Shown piece by piece: positions 1-9,697 of a stretch of DNA of 64,000 bases. Below the pieces are notes generated by a model. That model saw only the letters and a program-made list of their open reading frames with translations, ran no database searches and was not told where the DNA came from. The translations under genes and the position numbers were made by a program. The first letter of the stretch is position 1. Each line of letters starts with the position of its first letter. This DNA is from Macrostomum hystrix (lineage: Eukaryota; Animalia; Platyhelminthes), in assembly GCA_950097015.1 (NCBI GenBank), contig CATNEN010000001.1:12648001-12712000 (forward strand). The letters are read 5' to 3'.

Positions 1-590
1 TCTTCCGATTTATCTCATACTCTTTTCCCATTTATCCCATACTCTCTTCCCATATATCCCATACTCTCTTCCCATATATCCCATACTCTCTTCCCATATA
101 TCCCATACTCTCATCCCATATATCCCATACTCTTATCCCATATATCCCATACTCTCTTCCCATATATCCCATACTCTCTTCCCATATATCCCATACTCTC
201 ATCCCATATATCCCATACTCTCTTCCCATATATCCCATACTCTCATCCCATATATCCCATACTCTTATCCCATATATCCCATACTCTCATCCCATATATC
301 CCATACTCTCATCCCATATATCCCATACTCTCATCCCATACTCTTTTCTCATTTATCCCCTACTCTATTCCCATTAATCCCCTACTCTCATCCCGTTAAT
401 CCCCTACCTCACTTCCCATTTATCCCGTCCTCTCTTCCCATTTATCCCCACCTCTCTTCGTATTTATCCCCTCCTCGCTTCCTATTTATCCCCTCCCTCT
501 CTTCCCGTTTATCCCCAACTCTCTTCCCATTTATCCCCTACCTCTCTTCGTATTTATCCCTTCCTCGCTTCCCATTTCTCCCCTACTCCC
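1..590. repeat. Minisatellite, 22-bp unit ATACTCTCTTCCCATATATCCC, decaying to the right
   Basis: Period 22 read at 61, 83 and 105. Confidence 0.9.
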
Positions 591-1217
591 TTTTTCGACC
601 CCTGTCTCTACAGTTTTTAAAAATAATTTTCAGGGAGGTCCAGTAAAGTTGACAAAGAAATTGCATACCTCACGCGCACACAAAGCTCATTTTACGCACA
701 GTACCGGAATACCTACGTTGGGAATTAACTAAACAAACAAAAATGGAACAATTGAAGTCAACAAACTAGGATAGTCCCCCACGCAAAGCACTCATTATCC
801 TCGTTAGCTTAATCCCAATTACCCAATCTCCAGGGCGGGATGATTAATTTCAATGAGTTCCTATTATCTAGGAGGCCAAATATACCTACATCAGACACAA
901 TTATATACCGTGGCTTATCACGAAAAGTACTTTAACTAAACCGAAATAAAAAAAGTAGAATTTCGAAAAAAGAAAAGATAATTGCAAGACAATTGGCTAT
1001 GGAAATCTCCTTTTAATTGTATTTTTGAAAGGCTCGATTCTTTCTATTGTTAGAAAAGCCTTGCAAAATAACCAGGCAAATAGATTCTTATAATACAATT
1101 ATAAAACTAAATAATACAACATAATATATTGAATACATGACTATTTTTTAAGACAAATTTTCTAAGCAGACAATCAAATACAAATATATCCCAAAACCTT
1201 CAGACTTCCGCGACGAC

Positions 1218-1790
1218 GGAGGGAGGGAGGGGATAGGGCGGATAGAGATAGGGAGGGAGGGGAGCGGGCGGATAGAGATAGGGAGAAGGGAGACTAGCTG
1301 TAGGGATAGAGATAGGGAGGGAGGGGAGAGGGCGGATAGAGATAGGGAGGGAGGGGAGCGGGCGGATAGAGATAGGGAGAAGGGAGACTAGCTGTAGGGA
1401 TAGAGATAGGGAGGGAGGGGAGAGGGCGGATAGAGATAGGGAGGGAGGGGAGAGGGCGGATAGAGATAGGGAGGGAGGGGAGAGGGCGGATAGAGATAGG
1501 GAGGGAGGGGAGAGGGCGGATAGAGATAGGGAGGGAGGGGAGAGGGCGGATAGAGATAGGGAGGGAGGGGAGGGCGGATAGAGATAGGGAGGGAGGGGAG
1601 AGGGCGGATAGAGATAGGGAGGGAGGGGAGAGGGCGGATAGAGATAGGGAGGGAGGGGAGAGGGCGGATAGAGATAGGGAGGGAGGGGAGAGGGCGGATA
1701 GAGATAGGGAGGGAGGGGAGAGGGCGGATAGAGATAGGGAGGGAGGGGAGAGGGCGGATAGAGATAGGGAGAAGGGAGACTAGCTGTAGA
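1218..1790. repeat. G-rich minisatellite, 30-bp unit GGGAGGGAGGGGAGAGGGCGGATAGAGATA
   Basis: Near-perfect tandem copies ending GGGAGAAGGGAGACTAGCTGTAGA. Confidence 0.95.
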
Positions 1791-1834
1791 GCTATTAAAT
1801 ATAACATCTTTGCGTTCCACTTTTATATTGAAAG

Positions 1835-2107
1835 ACTGGCTGCTAATGGGCAACAGCCAGTGGCTGTCTATGGTAAAAATGTCACTAACTTACGTTTAAT
1901 TAAAGACAATGGACTTTTGCCAGAGACTGTCTATGGTAAAAATGTCTTTACTGTGTTCAATTTAAGAATATCAGCAGACTGTGGACTTCTGCCAATGGAA
2001 GCAGTTAAAGATTGTCTATTGTAAAAAATTCAGGATTTCGTTCAATTAAAGACTATCAAACGACTGTAGACTTCTTTCTACCAGAGACTGTCTATGGTAA
2101 AAATGTA
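1835..2107. repeat. Degenerate repeat (4 copies of CTGTCTATGGTAAAAATGT) just downstream of TRAPPC2
   Basis: Copies near 1864, 1927, 2012 and 2087. Confidence 0.6.
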
Positions 2108-2144
2108 TTAGATTGAAAAATAATTAGAGAGATAAAAAACCCAG

Positions 2145-2558
2145 TTAATTTAGAAACTTTCTAGCAAACTGCTGTGATTTCCTATCAAACGCGACCGATT
2201 TAATAGCAGTCTGCGGTTGATAAAACGGATTTAAAGCCAGTTTAACGTAGGTCTCAAACATCTCCGAGAAGAAATGCCTAATGCCGTCTTCATTCTTGGT
2301 GTCGTGCAGAATCAACAGACGCAATCTACTTGGCGTTACAAAAGCGCTAACGAAAAGATCATTGAATTTATCGATAGTCTTCAAATACATTCCACTCGAA
2401 GACCACAACGATTCGTCCACAATGTCTAATGCTGAATGTGCCACTAGCTGGTTGAGATGTCTGTGATCGTCGCGTCTTTCGCCGGATCTCGTGGCCGAGT
2501 GTTCCAACTCGTAGATGGCTTCGTCTTTTTGATTGACTATCACAAAATAATAGGACAT
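2145..2558 (-). CDS. TRAPPC2: Trafficking protein particle complex subunit 2 (sedlin), 137 aa, single coding exon
   Basis: Sedlin-family motifs YYFVIV..D..IYE, DDHRHLNQLVAHSALDIVDE, MYLKTIDKFN, VSAFVT, ILHD, NPFY and FDRK. A TTTCAG acceptor (AG at 2589-2588) leaves 29 nt before the ATG. Confidence 0.96.
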   Translation of the reverse strand: MSYYFVIVNQKDEAIYELEHSATRSGERRDDHRHLNQLVAHSALDIVDESLWSSSGMYLKTIDKFNDLFVSAFVTPSRLRLLILHDTKNEDGIRHFFSEMFETYVKLALNPFYQPQTAIKSVAFDRKSQQFARKFLN

Positions 2559-2621
2559 TGCGACGACTGGAGAGGGTTTGATTGGCTCTGAAAGTTTGAA
2601 GGGATAATAAAATTAATAATT

Positions 2622-2850
2622 GGTTGGACCTGCCCCCATTGGGCCAGACGTGCAGCCGACAGCACAGCCGCAGCTATTGCGCGGCGCATCTGAAGGCTGC
2701 GTACAGCTGTTCAGTCCATGGACTGACCATTAAATGATGCAGGTACCCATTTAACAGCTGGATGAACTGAAGCAATGTAGAGTCAAATGCCTTGCTAAAG
2801 TACACAAACTGTTTCAGTGGAATCGGGAATCGAACTCATGACATCCGAGC
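2622..2850 (-). mobile_element. SINE family A copy (tRNA head, CORE-like domain)
   Basis: B-box GTTCGATTCCC on the minus strand, palindromic TCAGTCCATGGACTGA, homologous to the copies at 52.8, 49.5 and 56.7 kb. Confidence 0.8.
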
Positions 2851-3124
2851 CCAATGCTTTAAAAAATTGATTAGAAAAATCAATAAACACATTTTCTGTA
2901 GAGTGTGATGTATTCGGTTCTCTATTTACTGAAGGTGCTAATAAGAGCTATACAAAATGAGGGGACTTTAGAGCTCATGTCATAAATTGTTTTTATTTTA
3001 GCTATTTGTTCTCAAAAATATAAATAGAGGCAGAGAGATAGTGCGGAAGAGATATTGCAAAAATTTTAGAGATAAAAAAGGGGAGAGCGTTGAAGAGAGA
3101 CAGACGCAGAGGGAGTTAAATAGA

Positions 3125-3772
3125 GATGAGTAGGGGGTGGGAGAGTGCGGATACTGATAAGGAGGGAGGGGAGAAGGCGGATACAGATAGGGAGGGAGGG
3201 GAGAGAGCGGATACAGATAAGGAGAGAGGGAAGAGAGCGGATAGAGATAAGGAGGGAGGGGAGAGGGCGGATAGAGATAGGGAGGGAGGGGAGAGGGCGG
3301 ATAGAGATAGGGAGGGAGGGAGAGGGCGGGTAGAGATAAGGAGGGAGGGGAGAGGGCGGATAGAGATAAGGAGGGAAGGGAGAGGGCGGATAGAGATAAG
3401 GAGGGAGGGGAGAGGGCGGATAGAGATAAGGAGGGAAGGGAGAGGGCGGATAGAGATAAGGAGGGAGGGGAGAGGGCGGATAGAGATAGGAGGGAGGGGA
3501 GAGGGCGGATAGAGATAGGAGGGAGGGGAGAGGGCGGATAGAGATAAGGATCGGGAGAGGGCGGATAGAGATAGGGAGAGAGGGGAGAGGGCGGATAGAG
3601 ATAGTGAGGGAGGGGAGAGGGCGGATAGAGATAGGAGGGAGGGGAGAGGGCGGATAGAGATAGGGGGGAGGGGAGAGGGCGGATAGAGATAGGAGGGAGG
3701 GGAGAGGGCGGATAGAGATAGGAGGGAGGGGAGAGGGCGGATAGAGATAGGGAGAAGGGAGACTAGCTGTAG
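3125..3772. repeat. G-rich minisatellite, same 29-30-bp family as 1218-1790
   Basis: Same unit, same orientation, same terminal sequence. Confidence 0.95.
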
Positions 3773-4292
3773 AGGAAGTTTTAAAGCAAAATTTAGACTG
3801 AGCAGAGAGCAATGAATCCTTTTCAGTGTTTCTTATATAATTTCTTATATCCTTTTCTTATATAACAGTTCTAGGTTAGATATTTGATCAAAGACGCCGT
3901 ACAGACTACCATTTTATATTATTCCTATTAATTCGCGTCGCTCTACTGTGGGTGTGTTCAGAGAAAAAGAAAAGAATTTGGCAAGATAATTTGATTGGCA
4001 CAACAAGAATAAAAAAGGGGAGATAAAGAAGACACAGAAAAAGGAAAGGGAAATTGTGAGACACTGTGTAGTCACACTGGGAGGAGGAATACTTGGAGAT
4101 CAAAGTGGGAAGATTTTATGCTAGTTTAGTGTTTGAAGCACTCTTATAAATATATACAAACCGTTATATATAGAGATACACTTGAAGTTATGTTGTGCTG
4201 CTTCGGAACTGGATTTTATAGTACTTAAAGTGGTAGGTTAGTAACTTAAGGAAATATAAACAAAAAGGAAACTAGACAGACACCCTGTATAC

Positions 4293-4694
4293 CAGGGGTC
4301 GGCAAACTCCGGCCCGCGGGCCAGATGCGGCCCTCGAAGCTCCCAAATCTGGCCCGTTGCCCCTTCTGACATCTACAGTGTCCTGTTTAATGTCTCCCGT
4401 GTCTAATCTCTCCTGTGTCTCATCGCTCTCGTGTCTAATCTCTCCTGTGTCTCATCGCTCTCGTGTCTTATCTCTCCCGTGTCGAATCTCTCCTGTGTCT
4501 AATCTCTCCCCTGTCTTATCTCTCCCGTGTCTAATCTCTCCCCTGTCTAATCTCTCCCTGTCTTATCTCTACCGTGTCTAATCTCTCCCGTGTCTCATCT
4601 CTCCCCTATCTCATATTTATACAGTCAATGCGGCCCGCTGTCGTCTTTTAGGTTCTTTCTTTGGCCCGCCAGCAAATAAGTTTGCCTATTCCTG
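4293..4694. mobile_element. Non-autonomous hAT (Charlie-like) MITE, 402 bp, with internal minisatellite
   Basis: TIRs CAGGGGTCGGCAAACT / AGTTTGCCTATTCCTG; perfect 8-bp TSD CTGTATAC at 4285-4292 and 4695-4702; subterminal GGCCCG motifs; ~17-bp TGTCTAATCTCTCCC repeats at ~4380-4615. Confidence 0.9.
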
Positions 4695-4989
4695 CTGTAT
4701 ACCATAGGGTGAAAAACAAAGCTAATTAAATGTGTAGGAAATGGTTAATTTACAAACGTGTGCTTCTAGCTTAATCTTGGCTTTATAAGGAACTTGTCTA
4801 ATTAAAAAGTAAAATGCAACAGTCGGACAATTTCTCACTAGGAGCAAAATATCAGGCATGTAAAAGATTATGTAGCAATTTTATTTTCAAAAAAGTTCTA
4901 TTTACCAAAAACGAGTTTTAAAAAATCCGAATATTAGTAACAGCATTAAAAAAGCAGTGCCAACTTTGTTTGGTTAAATTATAACATTT

Positions 4990-5975
4990 CTGGGGAAGCG
5001 GCTGTTTCCAAGAAATAGGATGTTTTTAGAGAGTGGCTGTTTCTAGGAAATCGTCAATATGGGAGAGTGGCTGTTTCTAAGAAATCGTCTATATGGAGAG
5101 CGGCTGTTTCTAAGAAATCGTCTATATAGAAGAGTGGCTGTTTCTAAGAAATCGTCTATATGGGAGAGTGGCTGTTTCTAAGAAATCGTCTATATGGGAG
5201 AGTGGCTGTTTCTAGGAAATCGTCAATATGGGAGAGTGGCTGTTTCTAAGAAATCGTCTATATGGGAGAGCGGCTGTTTCTAAGAAATCGTCTATATGGG
5301 AGAGTGGCTGTTTCTAAGAAATCGTCTATATGGGAGAGTGGCTGTTTCTAAGAAATCGTCAATATGGGAGAGTGGCTGTTTCTAAGAAATCGTCTATATG
5401 GGAGAGTGGTTGTTTCTAAGAAATCGTCTATATGGGAGAGTGGCTGTTTCTAAGAAATCGTCTATATGGGAGAGTGGCTGTTTCTAAGAAATCGTCTATA
5501 TAGGGGAGTGGCTGTTTCTAAGAAATCGTCTATATGGGAGAGCGGCTGTTTCTAAGAAATCGTCAATCTGGGAGAGTGGCTGTTTCTAAGAAATCGTCTA
5601 TATGGGAGAGTGGCTGTTTCTAAGAAATCGTCTATATGGGATAGTGTCTATTTCTAGGAAATCTTCTATCTGGAAGAAAGGCTGTTTTTAAGAAATCGTC
5701 TATATGGGAGAGTGGCTGTTTCTAGGAAAACGTCTATATGGGATAGTGGCTGTTTCTAGGAAATCGTCAATCTGGGAGAGTGGCTGTTTCTAGTAAACTG
5801 TAGACCTTGCAGAGTGGCTGTTTCTAGGAAAGCAGAAATCTTGGAGAGTGGTTTTTCAAGGAAACTGGGGATCTGGGTTAGAAGTTTCTTAGAAAGAACT
5901 GGGGATCTGGGAGATAGTTAGTTTCTAGGAAACTGGGAACCTAGAAGAGTCGCTGTTTCTAGGAAAAAGCAAATC
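4990..5975. repeat. Minisatellite, 34-bp unit TGGGAGAGTGGCTGTTTCTAAGAAATCGTCTATA
   Basis: Period 34 (5161, 5195); degenerate edges. Confidence 0.95.
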
Positions 5976-6175
5976 TTGGAGAGCTGCTGCTTCTAGAATC
6001 AATGTAAAGAAGTGTCAGTTTATACGAGTAGAAAAACTTAGTATTTTATCGAACGATAACAAAAACTAGAGGGTATAGAAGTCTTCACACAAAACCCAAC
6101 TAAGACTCAATTCGGACAGCAGTCACTTTGATAATCTAAATGCGCCAAATCTATTACTGATTTAATTAAAAAATT

Positions 6176-9100
6176 TCAATCTTTTACAGGCTGAACCTTG
6201 GTCTTCTTTTTCTTGCCGGTGCTGCTGCTAGAAGACGCGGAGGCGGTTGGCTCGTCAACGCTACGCTTAGCGGCCGATTCAACGCCGAGCTGTTGAAGCA
6301 CGCGAACTCGGACGTCATCTCTCAGCAGGGTGGCTTCGTCGGCAGTGTAACGACTATTTTGCCATTCCAGTCGCAATAGATCCAGAATCTTACCCAATAT
6401 GGGACCCTTGCCAGCGATTGACAATCTCCAATTAGATAGGACATTGTGACCGTTGACTGGGAATTTAGGAGGCCACCATTGATTGATAGTCGATAGATAA
6501 GCGTCCGATTGGCCAGTGTAGAGTAGCAGTTGAATTATGCGATGCTTGGTGCGCGGGTCCTTGCCTGAGGTGAGGGCGGCAAGATCCTACAAGTTTGAGA
6601 AGCTGTTGAATTATGCGATGCTTGGTGCATGGTCTTCCCCAGCGGGAAAATAGCCAGGTTTTTTTACTGTTAAATACACTGAATAAACTGACTTCAAACA
6701 CACATTAAACAGATCTAAACACGGACTAAACAGTATTTAAACAGGCATTAAACAGTATTTAAACACACACATTAAACTGTCTTTAAACACACACATTAAA
6801 CTGTATTTAAACACACACATTAAACTGTCTTTAAACACACACATTAAACAGTATTTAAACACACACATTAAACTGTCTTTAAACACACACATTAAACTGT
6901 ATTTAAACACACACATTAAACTGTATTTAAACACACATTAAACAGTATTTAAACACACATTAAACAGTATTTAAACACACACATTAAACTGTATTTAAAC
7001 ACACACATTAAACTGTATTTAAACACACACATTAAACTGTCTTTAAACACACATTAAACAGTACTTAAACACACACATTAAACAGTATTTAAACACACAC
7101 ATTAAACTGTCTTTAAACACACATTAAATAGTACTTAAACACACACATTAAACAGTATTTAAACACACACATTAAACAGTATTTAAACACACACATTAAA
7201 CTGTATTTAAACACACACATTAAACATAATTTTAACCCACAGATTAAACTGCCTTTAAACCAACATATTAATCAGTCCTGAAACACACGTCCTAAAGAAT
7301 ATCCGAACTAAAAAATCAAACCCGATTTACCTGTAAAAAATTTCGCTTCTCGTCAAAATCAGCGCCTCGTTCTACTAGTAAGGCAACACTCTCTCGATGC
7401 TGCATAATAAATCTCAGGCAGCCTAATTCTTCGTTGGACAGACGCAATCTAGCGTGTACAGTATCCGCTTCAGCTTCTGTACGCAGCAAGGCTGCTAAAA
7501 GTGCAGCCGGTACTAATCGGTTCTCCGTCGAAGCATCATTATTAACGGACGATTGTCGTTTGAGTACACTGCTCAACTCGTCAATGTCAGGCTCAGCTGG
7601 TAGACCAATTTGACTTGTGACTCCGCAGATGGACATTGCGGCTAAGAGATCGTCTGGTCGTTGGCCGGCTAAGATCTGTTTGACTTCCACCCAGATTCTT
7701 TCGCCAGCAATGCTAGCCAGTCCATTGGCGTTGTCTGTCACAGCCCGCAGTGTTTCGGCATTCTCTTCTCTAGTAGATAGCAGCGGACTGGTTGCTATGC
7801 GACCGTGGAAACGAAAGTAGCGAAGAATTCTTAGATAATCTTCTCGAATCCGATCGCCGGGATCGCCAACAAAGCGAACTCGCCTGGCTGCCAAGTCGAT
7901 GCGACCGTCGAAATAGTCGTACAGTTTGCCATCTAGATCTAGGAACATTGCGTTGATGGTCAGGTCGCGTCTAGAAGCGTCTAGCGACCAATCTCTAGTG
8001 AACTCAACTTTGGCGTGGCGACCGTCTGTTTCGCGATCGATTCGAAGAGTTGTGATCTGAGGTGGGAATAGTTTGAGTTGAGTAGGGTTTCTCATGGGTT
8101 TTGACAGCTGAGTGGGGTTTCTCATGGGTTTTGACAGCTGAGTGGGGTTTCTCATGGGTTTTGACAGCTGAGTAGGGTTTCTCATGGGTTTTGACAGCTG
8201 AGTGGGGTTTCTCATGGCTTTTGACAGCTGAGTAGGGTTTCTCATGGCTTTTGACAGCTGAGTAGGGTTTCTCATGGCTTTTGACAGCTGAGTGGGGTTT
8301 CTCATGGGTTTTGACAGCTGAGTGGGGTTTCTCATGGGTTTTGACAGCTGAGTGGGGTTTCTCATGGCTTTTGACAGCTGAGTAGGGTTTCTCATGGCTT
8401 TTGACAGCTGAGTAGGGTTTCTCATGGCTTTTGAAAGCTGAGTAGGGTTTCTCATGGGTTTTGAGAGCTGAGTAGGGTTTCTCATGGCTTTTGACAGCTG
8501 AGTAGGGTTTCTCATGGCTTTTGACAGCTGAGTGGGGTTTCTCATGGCTTTTGACAGCTGAGTAGGGTTTCTCATGGGTTTTGACAGCTGAGTGGGGTTT
8601 CTCATGGGTTTTGACAGCTGAGTAGGGTTTCTCATGGGTTTTGACAGCTGAGTGGGGTTTCTCATGGGTTTTAAGAGCTGATAAGGGTTTCACATGGGTT
8701 TTGAAAGCTGAGTAGGGTTTATCATGGGTTTTGACAGCTGAGTAGGGTTTATCATGGGTTTTCACAGCTGAGTAGGGTTTCTCATGGGTTTTGAAAGCTG
8801 AGTAGGGTTTCTCATGGGTTTTGACAGCTCAGTAGGGTTTCTCATGGGTTTTGACAGCTGAGTAGGGTTTCTCATGGGTTTTGACAGCTGAGTAGGGTTT
8901 ATCATGGGTTTTGACAGCTGAGTAGGGTTTATCATGGGTTTTCACAGCTGAGTAGGGTTTCTCATGGGTTTTGAAAGCTGAGTAGGGTTTATCATGGGTT
9001 TTGACAGCTGAGTAGGGTTTCCATTTATTTTATGTGAGTTAAGGTGAACTGCCACTAAATCGTATTGTCAGTAAAAGCTGAGACAATTTAATCGCTCACC

Positions 9101-9507
9101 TCGAAATTCTCAGCATCGCCAATTCTCGCAGTCACAGTACCGTGCGCCAACCCATTGGTATTGATCATTCGTACTCGCTCGGCATTGAACATGGCCACCA
9201 TCTCATCCGGAGTGGCTGTAGTAGCAAAGTCCAAATCGTGCGGCTTCTTCAGCATCAGCAGGTCTCTGACAGCTCCACCGGCCAGTCGCAGTTCGTAGCC
9301 ATGCGATGAGAAAATCTTTGACAATTGAACCAGATGCGGACTGAATAGAGACTGGAACTGGCGCTTAACAATATCGTCGCTAACTTCGCCGCTGCGCGCG
9401 AAGGCGGCGGTCGCTCCGGTCGCAGCTTCGTCCAGTTGCATCACAACCAATCTGGGTACAATTAGGGGGCGTTTGGCTAGTCCGCTAAATAGTCGACGAA
9501 TCAGCAT
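6176..9507 (-). CDS. TRNT1: CCA tRNA nucleotidyltransferase 1, 3 exons, ~514 aa
   Basis: Exons 9507-9100, 8056-7331 and 6586-6176, all phase 0 with GT-AG ends. Class II NTase motifs AGGAVRD..DLDFAT, FEITTLRID, RRDLTINA and EDYLRILRYFRF; C-terminal PKFPVNG..LGKIL..LR.EW. Arg-rich N-terminal presequence and KKKK tail. Confidence 0.95.
6690..7265. repeat. Minisatellite, 22-24-bp unit TTTAAACACACACATTAAACTGTA (TRNT1 intron 2)
   Basis: Tandem copies seen directly. Confidence 0.93.
8079..9021. repeat. Minisatellite, 30-bp unit TTGACAGCTGAGTAGGGTTTCTCATGGGTT (TRNT1 intron 1)
   Basis: Exact 30-bp register over ~31 copies. Confidence 0.97.
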
Positions 9508-9564
9508 GAGCCTAATGTGTCACTTTAGCAGGGCCAGATAAGCGTGCCTGAAATAGTGCAGTTT

Positions 9565-9687
9565 TGAATGATCCAATTGGGACAGAAACGCATGGACAGC
9601 TGCACAGTCCATGGACTGGATTGAGGCCCCAACGCCTACAAAAACTTTCTACCCCAGCTGATGCCCACACTTTTCAGCTGGGTGAAA
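9565..9687 (-). mobile_element. SINE family A 3' fragment
   Basis: CAGTCCATGGACTG palindrome and CCAATTGG end shared with the 56.7 kb copy; cut off where the 35-bp array starts. Confidence 0.65.
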
Positions 9688-9697
9688 TAAATCAAAA

